A DNA stretch of 39,601 nucleotides from Candidatus Woesearchaeota archaeon (GTDB lineage: Archaea; Nanobdellota; Nanobdellia; Woesearchaeales; JASKKU01): NCBI GenBank assembly GCA_011045925.1, contig DSBS01000044.1:1-39601 (forward strand), in the 5' to 3' direction. Position numbers and translations under genes: made by a program. The notes beneath the pieces were generated by a model, which saw only the letters and a list, made by a program, of their open reading frames with translations, ran no database searches and was not told the DNA's origin. Below, piece after piece: positions 1 through 8,226 of this stretch. How positions within the stretch are numbered: the stretch's first letter is position 1; each line of letters opens with the position of its first letter.

Positions 1-2006
1 CTTCTTATCCTGCATTCGAGATAAAATGGTTTCCAATCAGCGAGATTAACAAAAAGATGTCTCACATGAAGGAATATATCGATGTAATAAAAGAAGTGTC
101 AAGCAAATGCGATGAATTCGTTATAGCCTGCGATTATGATATAGAAGGAGAAGTTATTGGATACAATGTGCTCAGGTTTGCCTGTGGAAAACAGGATGCA
201 AAGCGAATGAAGTTCTCAACACTTACAAAACAGGAGCTAATTAATTCTTTTGAAAACGCTGAAAAAACAATTGACTGGGGGCAGGCTCACGCAGGTCTCG
301 CCAGGCACAACCTGGACTGGCTTTATGGAATAAACCTTTCCAGGGCATTAATGAGCTCAATCTCAAAGACAGGCAGGTTTAAGGTAATGAGCATAGGAAG
401 AGTACAGGGGCCGTCGCTTAAGATAATTACTGACAGGGAAAAAGAGATTCAGGACTTTTTGCCAGAGAAATACTGGAACATAAACATTATGGGGACAATA
501 AAGCAGGATGAAATTCAGGCATCCCATGAAAAAGACAAGGTTTGGGAAAAGGAAGAGGCGGAGAGAATATTCAATAAAGTAAACGGGAAGAACGGAACAG
601 TTGATGAAGTCTCAAAGGCTGAGAAAAAGATCTGGCCCCCCTTCCCTTTTGACCTGACCACATTGCAGACCGAGGCATACAGGAACTTCAGGCTTAATCC
701 GAAGAAAACACTTGAAATCGCACAGCAGCTCTACCTGGGCTCATACATATCCTACCCGAGGACAAGCTCACAGAAAATACCGCCCAGCATCGGGTACAAG
801 AAAATAATCACCAGCCTTTCTAAAAACCCAAAATATGCTGAGCTGGCTTCTGAACTCCTCAGCAAGAATAGCCTTAGGCCAAACAATGGAAAAAAAGAGG
901 ACCCTGCACACCCTGCAATATACCCAACAGGAATTTCACTAAAGACAACCGATGCGCTTGCGCTTAAGGTTTATGACCTGATTGTAAAAAGGTTTTTAGC
1001 GTCTTTTGGCGACATTGCTCTAAGAGAAAGCATGAATATCAGAATAAACATTGAAGGCGAAGCCTTCATAACTAAGGCAGTAAGAACAAAGCAAGAAGGC
1101 TGGTTAAAGCTTTACCAGCCTTACTCCAGCCTGAAAGATGAGCAGTTTTGCGATGCTGAAGAAAAAGACGCATTCACAAACAAAAAAACAGATCTGCTTG
1201 AAAAAGAGACACAGCCACCAAAAAGGTATACGCAGTCTTCGCTTATAAAAGAGCTGGAGAAAAGAAACCTTGGGACCAAGGCAACCAGGGCGCAGATTGT
1301 GGATACGCTTTACCAAAGGCAGTATGTTAAAAATGATCCCCTTGAAGCTACAGACTTCGGAATCAAGACTATAAAAATCCTTGAAAAATACAGCCCGAAG
1401 ATTATTGATGAAGAGCTGACCAAGCACTTTGAAGAAGACATGGAGAAGATAAGGGAAAAAAAGAAGAATATGGATGAAACAATTGAAGAAAGCAAAGCAA
1501 TCCTGAAGGATATTCTCCATGACTTTAAAAGTAAGGAAGAAAAGATAGGAAACGAGCTCAAGAATGCCTTATACGAAACAAGCAGAAAAGAAATTTACTT
1601 CGGCAAATGCCCAAGATGCAAAAAGGGAGACCTGATTCTAAAAAACGGAAAATTTGGCACTTTCATTGCGTGCTCAGAATACCCTGGCTGCAAACTTACT
1701 CTTACAATTCCCGGCAAGGCCAAGGCAAAATATGCCGAAGAGCAGTGCCAGCACTGCGGCTTTCCACTGGTAATAATTAAGTACCCCAGAAAAAAAGGAG
1801 AGAATTACTGCATAAACCCAGAATGCCCTGAAAAGAAAAAAAATGAAGAAAAAGATAAAGGTGAGCTGAATGAGCTTAATGAAAAAGCAAAGCAAAGAAA
1901 ATGCCCAAAATGCGGAACTCCCTTGGTAGCAAGGAAAAGCATACATGGCTACTTTTTTGCCTGCCCAAAGTTCCCTAAGTGCAGGCACATTGAAAACATA
2001 AATTAA
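1..2006 (+). CDS. topA: DNA topoisomerase I (type IA), 5' partial at window edge
   Basis: The frame is open from nt 3 to the ATG at 57 (no in-frame stop), so the gene probably starts upstream of the window. Toprim acidic motif CDYDIEGE. Type IA active-site region SYISYPRTSSQ. Three C-terminal Cys4 zinc ribbons (CPRC..C..PGC, CQHC..C..PEC, CPKC..CPKFPKC). Confidence 0.93.
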   Translation, partial: SYPAFEIKWFPISEINKKMSHMKEYIDVIKEVSSKCDEFVIACDYDIEGEVIGYNVLRFACGKQDAKRMKFSTLTKQELINSFENAEKTIDWGQAHAGLARHNLDWLYGINLSRALMSSISKTGRFKVMSIGRVQGPSLKIITDREKEIQDFLPEKYWNINIMGTIKQDEIQASHEKDKVWEKEEAERIFNKVNGKNGTVDEVSKAEKKIWPPFPFDLTTLQTEAYRNFRLNPKKTLEIAQQLYLGSYISYPRTSSQKIPPSIGYKKIITSLSKNPKYAELASELLSKNSLRPNNGKKEDPAHPAIYPTGISLKTTDALALKVYDLIVKRFLASFGDIALRESMNIRINIEGEAFITKAVRTKQEGWLKLYQPYSSLKDEQFCDAEEKDAFTNKKTDLLEKETQPPKRYTQSSLIKELEKRNLGTKATRAQIVDTLYQRQYVKNDPLEATDFGIKTIKILEKYSPKIIDEELTKHFEEDMEKIREKKKNMDETIEESKAILKDILHDFKSKEEKIGNELKNALYETSRKEIYFGKCPRCKKGDLILKNGKFGTFIACSEYPGCKLTLTIPGKAKAKYAEEQCQHCGFPLVIIKYPRKKGENYCINPECPEKKKNEEKDKGELNELNEKAKQRKCPKCGTPLVARKSIHGYFFACPKFPKCRHIENIN

Positions 2007-2008
2007 GC

Positions 2009-2016
2009 TTTTTTTT
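2009..2016 (+). terminator. Oligo-T tract (8 T) directly after the topA stop codon; candidate archaeal terminator
   Basis: TAA at 2004-2006 is followed by gc then tttttttt. Archaeal RNAP terminates at oligo-T runs. Confidence 0.45.
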
Positions 2017-2109
2017 AATCAAGAAGCCAAAGCTTTCTTTTTAAAAAGGAAAGCATCTAAACAAAACAAAAGCTTTTTAACTGGCACCCAGCCCCTTTAC
2101 GAGTTAGAA

Positions 2110-2829
2110 ATGGTTTATTTGAAAAAAGCCTGGAAAAAAATCAAGAGATTCTGGAATTTTGTATGGAATGACAACTCGCCGCTCAGCTGGCTTCTCGCAC
2201 TTGTAATCTCATACCTGATAATCAAATTCATTTTCTTTCCGGTTCTGGAATTCAGCCTTGGAACAAGCTTCCCCCTTGTAGCTGTTGTTTCTGGCAGTAT
2301 GGAGCATAGGCTTTCTCCTGTAACAGACATCAACGGAAATATAGTTGTCGAAGAGAACGGGAACCACTTATACTCTATTTGCGGGAAAACCATCAAAGAA
2401 AGCAACAGGCTAGGCTTTTTTTCAAGAAAAATAAACCTTGAGAGATTCTGGCAAAGCTGTGGCCAGTGGTACAATGATTTCAATATAACAAAAGAAGATT
2501 TTTCCGGGTTTAGGTTCTCCAGAGGCTTTAACAGAGGGGATATAATGATAATTTATAACCCCAGCCCTGAAAAGATTCAGGTTGGCGATATAGTTGTTTT
2601 TGACTCTGAGTTTCTTAGCTACCCTATCATTCACAGGGTTGTCTCAAAGGATGAAAATAACGAGGGATTCTTCTTTTCAACCAAAGGAGACCACAATCCC
2701 GCGCAGAACCCTGATGAAAAGACTATTCATGAGTCAAGGCTTCATGGCAAAGCCGTTGCCAGAGTGCCGCTTGTTGGCTATGTTAAGATTGGGCTTTTTG
2801 AGCTCAAGAACTGGCTTTTTGCCAGATAG
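2110..2829 (+). CDS. Signal peptidase I, archaeal/ER type (S26B, Sec11-like), with a large insertion
   Basis: N-terminal TM anchor. Conserved boxes SGSME (catalytic Ser), RGDIMII, GDIVVF..IIHRVV (catalytic His) and TKGDHN. Confidence 0.85.
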   Translation: MVYLKKAWKKIKRFWNFVWNDNSPLSWLLALVISYLIIKFIFFPVLEFSLGTSFPLVAVVSGSMEHRLSPVTDINGNIVVEENGNHLYSICGKTIKESNRLGFFSRKINLERFWQSCGQWYNDFNITKEDFSGFRFSRGFNRGDIMIIYNPSPEKIQVGDIVVFDSEFLSYPIIHRVVSKDENNEGFFFSTKGDHNPAQNPDEKTIHESRLHGKAVARVPLVGYVKIGLFELKNWLFAR

Positions 2830-2834
2830 GAGGG
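2828..2834 (+). promoter_or_regulatory. Shine-Dalgarno-like AGGAGGG, 5 nt upstream of the tfs ATG
   Basis: gatAGGAGGGaaaaaATG. tfs is an internal gene, 10 nt after the signal peptidase stop. Confidence 0.6.
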
Positions 2835-2839
2835 AAAAA

Positions 2840-3163
2840 ATGTTTTGTCCAAAATGTAAAAGCCTGCTTCTTCCAAAAAACGATGGAAGAAAAAAGAAAA
2901 TGGTTTGTATGAGCTGTGGCTACGAAGAGCTTATGAAAGACGGCTCAACAATGACTTTCAATGAGAAGCTAAAGGAGAGAAAGAAGATAGAAGTCATAGA
3001 AAAAAAAGACGAAGGAAGCCTGCCTGTAACTGACATCTCATGTGAGAAATGCGACAACAACAAAGCCTATTTCTGGCTGCTGCAAACCAGGTCTTCAGAT
3101 GAGCCGGAAACAAAGTTTTACAAGTGCACCGAATGCGGGCACATCTGGAGAGAATATCTCTAA
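2840..3163 (+). CDS. tfs: Transcription elongation/cleavage factor TFS (RpoM/TFIIS-like), 107 aa
   Basis: N-terminal zinc ribbon CPKC..CMSC. C-terminal TFIIS-type ribbon CEKC..QTRSSDEPET..CTECGHIW with the acidic DE hairpin. The track ORF starting at 2594 is an out-of-context N-terminal extension that overlaps the signal peptidase gene. Confidence 0.9.
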   Translation: MFCPKCKSLLLPKNDGRKKKMVCMSCGYEELMKDGSTMTFNEKLKERKKIEVIEKKDEGSLPVTDISCEKCDNNKAYFWLLQTRSSDEPETKFYKCTECGHIWREYL

Positions 3164-3187
3164 AAAAGCAAGGCTTATCAGAAAAAT

Positions 3188-3403
3188 ATGAGAATCTCTG
3201 TAAAAGTCAGGTTAAACAAAAATGAAAGTAGGCTAGAAGCAGGGGAAAGCCCCGGCTCTTATACAGCTTTTATCAAAAGCCAGCCAGTTGAAGGCAAGGC
3301 AAATGCAGAGCTGATTAAGCTGGTTAAAAAAGAGCTTAAGTGCAGGAAAGCGCCAAGAATAATCTCAGGGAAAGCCTCAAAGAACAAGGTTCTTGAGGTA
3401 TGA
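3188..3403 (+). CDS. DUF167 (YggU/UPF0235) family small protein
   Basis: 71 aa. Pattern V.V..N....LE........A.I...P.EGKAN.ELIK...K.L......I.SGKASK.K.L.V is typical of DUF167. Confidence 0.6.
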   Translation: MRISVKVRLNKNESRLEAGESPGSYTAFIKSQPVEGKANAELIKLVKKELKCRKAPRIISGKASKNKVLEV

Positions 3404-3439
3404 ATAGCCAAGAAAAATTATAAATACGTTATAAATAAC

Positions 3440-4582
3440 CTATCTCTTTCTAGCCAACTCAAGAAAAGGCAGAGTTCCATTTGCCAGGAATTGGAGGGTT
3501 GCACCGCCGCCTGTGGACACAAAGTCGAACTTTCTTGTCAAGCCCATTGACCTGACCAGCCAGGCAGTATCCCCCCCACCAACAATGGTTTTTGATGAAA
3601 GAGCTGACAGGAAAAGCGCAATGTCTTCTGAAGAAACCCTAAAATCTTCAACCTCATAAATGCCTAAAGGGCCATTCCACACCACGGTCTTTGAATCAGA
3701 TATAATCTTAACAAAATCCAGCAAAGTCCTGTACCCTAAGTCAACGCCATAATGCTGCTTCGGGATTTTTTTGCAGTCAACGTACTTAATAGCAACAGGA
3801 GCCCCTAAGCTTCTTGACACCAAAACATCGGAAGGCAGAACGATTTTTTCTGACTTTAGGAGCTTTGCTGCAGAATTTACAAAGTCCGGCTCATAAAGAG
3901 ACTTTCCCACATCAAATCCAAGAGCCCTATAGAAAGTGAAAATCATTGCTCCGCCAAGCAGGACCTTATCAGCTTTGCTAATGAAGCTTTTGATAAAAGT
4001 AAGCTTGGTTGAAAGCTTAGACCCACCCATAATGATTACTAAAGGGCGTTTTGCCTTTGAAAGGTCAAGGTGGCTAAGCTCCTTCTGAACCAGAAGGCCT
4101 ATTGCAGGCTTAATATACTTTGAAATTCCGTAGTTGGAAGCATGCTTCCTGTGCATCGTAGCAAAGGCATCATTAACAAAAACATCGCCCAAAGAAGCAA
4201 GAGACTTTGAGAATGAAGAGCTATTTTCTTTTTCTTCATGGAAAAACCTAATGTTTTCAAGAAGTACCAGCCCGGATTTTGAAGGTGAAGCAAGCTCATC
4301 CTCAAGAGCCCTGAAAGAAACCTTCTTCCTGAGCTTTTTTGCCAGCAACTCAGCCACCGGCCTTAGCGACAGGGTTTTATCAAAGGACTTTGGCCTTCCA
4401 AGGTGAGAAATTATGGTAATCTTCCTGGGTCCCCTAGAGATTATGTACTTTAGTGTATCAAGCGAAGCCGTAATCCTCTCATCATCAAGAACTTTCCCAT
4501 TCAGGACAGGAACATTATAGTCAGCCCTCAAAACAACTCTCCTGCCTTTAAGGCTCAGGCTTTTTACTGTCATTAAACTCAC
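3440..4582 (-). CDS. pgk: Phosphoglycerate kinase
   Basis: LKGRRVVLRADYNVPV N-terminus and full-length PGK-like sequence with C-terminal STGGGA. The GTG start at 4582 forms a GTGA overlap with the upstream stop and has GGAGGG 7 nt upstream. An alternative ATG lies at 4573. Confidence 0.93.
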   Translation of the reverse strand: MSLMTVKSLSLKGRRVVLRADYNVPVLNGKVLDDERITASLDTLKYIISRGPRKITIISHLGRPKSFDKTLSLRPVAELLAKKLRKKVSFRALEDELASPSKSGLVLLENIRFFHEEKENSSSFSKSLASLGDVFVNDAFATMHRKHASNYGISKYIKPAIGLLVQKELSHLDLSKAKRPLVIIMGGSKLSTKLTFIKSFISKADKVLLGGAMIFTFYRALGFDVGKSLYEPDFVNSAAKLLKSEKIVLPSDVLVSRSLGAPVAIKYVDCKKIPKQHYGVDLGYRTLLDFVKIISDSKTVVWNGPLGIYEVEDFRVSSEDIALFLSALSSKTIVGGGDTAWLVRSMGLTRKFDFVSTGGGATLQFLANGTLPFLELARKR

Positions 4583-5670
4583 TTTGAAGCCCTCCTTATA
4601 AAAACCTGCTCATCAGATATGTCAAACTCATAGTCATAGCAAGGCTTAAACTTGCCTATCTTTGAAACAAATCCCGGAAGCAGAATCCTGTCTCCTTTGA
4701 ACTCCAGCTCTGAAATAACCTTACCCTTTTCTTCATTGGTTTTGTCAGACAAGTCAATTCCAAGGTCTGTGAGAACATTTGGCTGGTCTTTTTTGCTCTG
4801 CTCTTTGAATAGTATGGATTTCTTGTAAATATACTCTGCAAGCCTGGAAGCTATATTTATGCCAGTTGCTTTTGTAATCCCCTGAAGGCCCGGACTGAGG
4901 TTTACTTCGATTACCAAAGACCCCCTTGTGCTAGGGATTACATCAACTGCACAGATGTCAGCATTTATTGCCCTTACAGTCCTAACAGCAAGGCTTTTCA
5001 GCTCAGTTGATATTTCAAGCTTTTCTGTTGTTGCCCCTGCATGAATGTTTGCGCGCTTCTCTCCTTTTTTTGCAACCCTCTTATACCCATAAACCTCATC
5101 TCCAATTACAAGAAGCCTGTAGTCAACACCGGAAGATTCTATATACTCCTGAATAAAGAAAGGCTGCTTAAGGTGGCTAAGCGTATCAAGGATTGAAGTG
5201 GCTGTTGCAAGAGAATCAAGATAAATAACGCCTTTTCCCTGAGTTCCGTTTGGAATCTTGACAATTAAAGGATAATCTGAAGTCTCAACAAATTTCTTTG
5301 CAGAAGCAACCTTAGAGAAAAGATAGGTTTTTGGCATTGCCACTCCCCACTTCTGAAGAACAAGGTGCGTAAGAATCTTGTCATGGCCTATATCAAAGCT
5401 CTCGGGGCGCAACGGCATATAGCTTGACTCAGCAAAAGCATGGGCTAGAGCCCTCAGCGTCACAGCATATCTGAAAGAGCCTTTAAGAAAAACAGCATCA
5501 TATTTTGTAACAATCTCCTTTCCCTCATAAAAAACCTTCCATCCTTCCCTGTCGAGGCTTACCTGAAGCTCTTTTATATTAAGGCTGTCAACTGAGTCAA
5601 AAAACTTTCCAAGCTCCTTGCAAGCCCATTCAGAACTTGTGCTTCCGAGACTGATAACTGCACACTTCAT
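4579..5670 (-). CDS. RimK-family ATP-grasp alpha-L-glutamate ligase-like protein with a ~75-aa C-terminal extension
   Basis: MKCAVISLGS start. ATP-grasp motifs PLIVKIPNGTQGKGV, FIQEYIE, DYRLLVIGDEV, AVDVI..GSLVIEVNLSPGLQG. The start is ambiguous (ATG 5670 versus GTG 5679). Confidence 0.85.
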   Translation of the reverse strand: MKCAVISLGSTSSEWACKELGKFFDSVDSLNIKELQVSLDREGWKVFYEGKEIVTKYDAVFLKGSFRYAVTLRALAHAFAESSYMPLRPESFDIGHDKILTHLVLQKWGVAMPKTYLFSKVASAKKFVETSDYPLIVKIPNGTQGKGVIYLDSLATATSILDTLSHLKQPFFIQEYIESSGVDYRLLVIGDEVYGYKRVAKKGEKRANIHAGATTEKLEISTELKSLAVRTVRAINADICAVDVIPSTRGSLVIEVNLSPGLQGITKATGINIASRLAEYIYKKSILFKEQSKKDQPNVLTDLGIDLSDKTNEEKGKVISELEFKGDRILLPGFVSKIGKFKPCYDYEFDISDEQVFIRRASK

Positions 5671-5675
5671 AAAAA

Positions 5676-6023
5676 TCACTCCAAAGGGTTTATGAGAAAG
5701 CCTAGCTTCCTTAGCGAGTTTTTTCCAAGCAGAAGCGGAAACTTAAGCCTGCTCCTGTCTGCGATTGTAAAATTGGATTCAATTGTCTTGCCCTTAACAG
5801 TAATCTTAGCCCTTACAACAGCCCTTTTAGCTACGCCCAGGCTGGACTTGACCTTTTCTGTTTTTAGCAGGGGGCCTAAAGAAAGCTCTGCTGCAAGGCC
5901 AACATCAATTGAAGAAACACCTGCACCTGTATCAATCTTGGCAATTACCTTTGTAGAGTTTCCATCGCTCCCAAAAACCTCTACTACCTCGTTTAGCCCA
6001 ATACTGTTTGACATTTTTAACAT
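5676..6023 (-). CDS. DUF785 / RimB-like retropepsin-fold protein (putative RimK-associated protease domain)
   Basis: AKIDTGAGVSSI (DTGA aspartyl-protease-like motif), TIADRSRLKFPLLLGKNSL, FLINP. The gene sits directly upstream of the RimK-like gene, as in bacterial rimB-rimK pairs. Confidence 0.65.
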   Translation of the reverse strand: MLKMSNSIGLNEVVEVFGSDGNSTKVIAKIDTGAGVSSIDVGLAAELSLGPLLKTEKVKSSLGVAKRAVVRAKITVKGKTIESNFTIADRSRLKFPLLLGKNSLRKLGFLINPLE

Positions 6024-6027
6024 CTTC

Positions 6028-7497
6028 TTATTCTTTTGGCTTCAGCAGTACAAAAGGAATAATGTCCCTTAGAGATTCCTGCTCTGTAAGAAAAACAATA
6101 AGCCTGTCTATTCCAATTCCCAGGCCGCCTGTAGGCGGCATGCCGTACTCTACTGAAGTTATGAAATCATTATCCTTTGGCATGGCTTCTTCATCACCGA
6201 GCTCCCTGTCCCTCTCCTGCTTATTGAACCTTTCTTTCTGGTCAAGCGGGTCGTTAAGCTCAGAATATGCATTTGCAAACTCGCTTCCTGCTATAAAAAG
6301 CTCAAACCTCTCAGTAAAGCCCTCCTCTTTCCTATGGGCTTTTGTAAGTGGGCAGACTTCAATAGGGTAGTCAAGTATGAAAGTAGGCTGAATAAGCTTT
6401 TCCTCACAAGCCTGCTCAAAGATTGCATTAATAAGCAGGCCCCTTGTTAGTTCCCCCCTAAGCTCTACATCGCTAAAGCTATCTACTATTTCCTTAAGCT
6501 CTTCTGTGCTTTTAATAGAAACATCAATGCCTGCAAGGTTCTTAATAGCATCAACCATCTTAACCTTGCTAAAAGGCTTTCCAACATCAATCTCGTGCCC
6601 TTTGAACATAAACTTTGTTTTTCTGAAAACCTTTTTTGCGCATTCCCTGATAACTGTCTCTGTAATTTCCATCATGTCATTGTAGTCAGCATACGCCTGG
6701 TAGAGCTCAAGCATGGTAAATTCAGGATTGTGGTTTGTGTCTATCCCCTCATTCCTGAAGCACTTGCCCATGTCAAAAACCTTTTCGAACCCTCCGATAA
6801 TAAGCCTTTTAAGAAACAGCTCAGGTGAAATCTTAAGGTAAACATCCAGATCCTGGGCGTTATGGTGGGTAATGAAAGGCCTCGCATTTGCCCCCCCATA
6901 AACCGTCTGCAGAATCGGGGTTTCCAGCTCAATAAAGCCCCTGTCAAACAGAAAATCCCGAAAGAACCTGATTATTTCATGCCTCTGCCTGAAGACCTTC
7001 CTCGAATCAAGGCTCATAATCAGGTCAACATACCTCTGCCTGTACTTTATCTCAACATCCTTTATTCCGTGGTACTTCTCCGGAAGCGGCCTTATTGACT
7101 TGCACAGAACCTTAAAGCTTTCTGCAAAAATACTTATTTCACCAACTTTAGTCTTTCCAACACTTCCATTTACACCAATAAAGTCCCCAATATCAAGAAG
7201 CTCATTAACCTCAAAGCCTTTTGTTGTATCCTCTTTAAATACAACCTGAAGGTCATCCCATTCATCCCTGACTGTGAAGAAGGCAATTCTGCCCATTCTC
7301 CTTACTCTCATTATTCTTCCAGCATAGCTTTCCTTTCCTTTAGGCAGCTCCCCGCTCTTGCTGTTTTCATACTGATGCTTTATCTCAGAAGAGCTTTTTC
7401 CCTTTTCAAACTTATAGGGGAATGAGTTTATTTTCTGGTTCCTTAGCTCTTTAAGCTTTGAAATCTTTTGCTGGATTAGGTTTTCTTCCGGGTCCAT
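6028..7497 (-). CDS. lysS: Lysyl-tRNA synthetase, class II
   Basis: OB-fold N-domain. Class II motif 2 FRNEGIDTNHNPEFTMLELY. Motif 3 GGLGIGIDRLIVFLT. Confidence 0.95.
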   Translation of the reverse strand: MDPEENLIQQKISKLKELRNQKINSFPYKFEKGKSSSEIKHQYENSKSGELPKGKESYAGRIMRVRRMGRIAFFTVRDEWDDLQVVFKEDTTKGFEVNELLDIGDFIGVNGSVGKTKVGEISIFAESFKVLCKSIRPLPEKYHGIKDVEIKYRQRYVDLIMSLDSRKVFRQRHEIIRFFRDFLFDRGFIELETPILQTVYGGANARPFITHHNAQDLDVYLKISPELFLKRLIIGGFEKVFDMGKCFRNEGIDTNHNPEFTMLELYQAYADYNDMMEITETVIRECAKKVFRKTKFMFKGHEIDVGKPFSKVKMVDAIKNLAGIDVSIKSTEELKEIVDSFSDVELRGELTRGLLINAIFEQACEEKLIQPTFILDYPIEVCPLTKAHRKEEGFTERFELFIAGSEFANAYSELNDPLDQKERFNKQERDRELGDEEAMPKDNDFITSVEYGMPPTGGLGIGIDRLIVFLTEQESLRDIIPFVLLKPKE

Positions 7498-7516
7498 GAG
7501 CCTTATGAAAAGCGTT

Positions 7517-7528
7517 CTATTTTTAAAC
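7517..7528 (-). promoter_or_regulatory. TATA box (GTTTAAAAATAG on the minus strand) about 20 nt upstream of the lysS ATG; leaderless geometry
   Basis: Reverse complement of ctatttttaaac. The same GTTTAAAAATA core recurs at 30789-30800. Confidence 0.5.
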
Positions 7529-7614
7529 TTTACCGAATGCTTTTAAAATATGCTGCTAAAAAGGCTTTAAAATTCAGTAAAACATTAAAAAAAGCACATT
7601 AAAAAAGGGGATTT

Positions 7615-8226
7615 ATGAAACCTGTTAAGCAAAAAAAGCGCGCTGGCTTTGTAATGATAAAAGAATCAGTCCTTGAAAGAATGAAAAAAAGCGACAAGTC
7701 TAGCAAGGGCTCTGTTGATGATGAGGTTCTCCCGCTTTGCAACGCAATAAACAGGCTTAACGGGCTTGCAACAACAAGCTCATGCTCGGGGAGGATTTCA
7801 GTTGTTAAAGGAGAAGAAGGAGAGAAAACCAGGAATGCCTGGCTCTTTAAGAGCCACACCCCTGTAAATATGATTGACTTGCTAAGCATTAAGCTCCCTC
7901 AGGATTTAACCCTGTTCAAGATGGAGGGTGCAATAATACATGTTGCCTGTGAAAGCATTGAGAAAGCAAAAAAGCTTATTGAAGCCTCAAAGAGTGCCGG
8001 AATAAAAAGAGCAGCAATAATATCGCTCAGGGAGAATAAAATAATGGTGGAGATTATTTCCGGAGAGTCTCTCTGCTTTCCTTACTCAATAAACAAAAAG
8101 TTGCTTATAAGCCAAGAACACCTCGAAATCTGCCTGGAGGTTGCAAACAAAAAACTTAGGCGTGCCAGAGAAAAATTAAAAAAGCTGGAAAACGCCATAA
8201 TTCCAGTGGCTAAGAATCTTTCATAA
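7615..8226 (+). CDS. taw3: tRNA wybutosine-synthesizing protein 3 homolog (Taw3/TYW3 methyltransferase)
   Basis: VDDEVLPLCNAIN....TTSSCSGRI signature of the TYW3 family. About 200 aa. Confidence 0.85.
   Translation: MKPVKQKKRAGFVMIKESVLERMKKSDKSSKGSVDDEVLPLCNAINRLNGLATTSSCSGRISVVKGEEGEKTRNAWLFKSHTPVNMIDLLSIKLPQDLTLFKMEGAIIHVACESIEKAKKLIEASKSAGIKRAAIISLRENKIMVEIISGESLCFPYSINKKLLISQEHLEICLEVANKKLRRAREKLKKLENAIIPVAKNLS

Noticed and set aside
1104-1988. Several 80-140-aa minus-strand ORFs inside topA (1104-1520, 1310-1561, 1674-1988)
   Set aside because: These are antisense shadow ORFs with hydrophobic low-complexity translations. The plus-strand topoisomerase frame is continuous and motif-rich.
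2032-2054. Imperfect 23-nt palindrome gctttctttttaaaaaggaaagc between topA and the signal peptidase gene
   Set aside because: It could form a hairpin. However, it is centred on a TTTTTAAAAA TATA-like core in an intergenic spacer that already has an oligo-T terminator. It is most simply explained as promoter/terminator sequence rather than an RNA gene.
2594-2839. 82-codon N-terminal extension of the TFS ORF
   Set aside because: It lies entirely inside the signal peptidase gene in another frame. The ATG at 2840 is preceded by AGGAGGG and yields a canonical zinc-ribbon N-terminus.
5671-5679. GTG start at 5679 (GTGA overlap) for the RimK-like gene
   Set aside because: No SD precedes it. The ATG at 5670 has GGAG 8 nt upstream and gives the canonical MK.A(V/I)(I/L)S N-terminus. 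The difference is only 3 residues and remains ambiguous.
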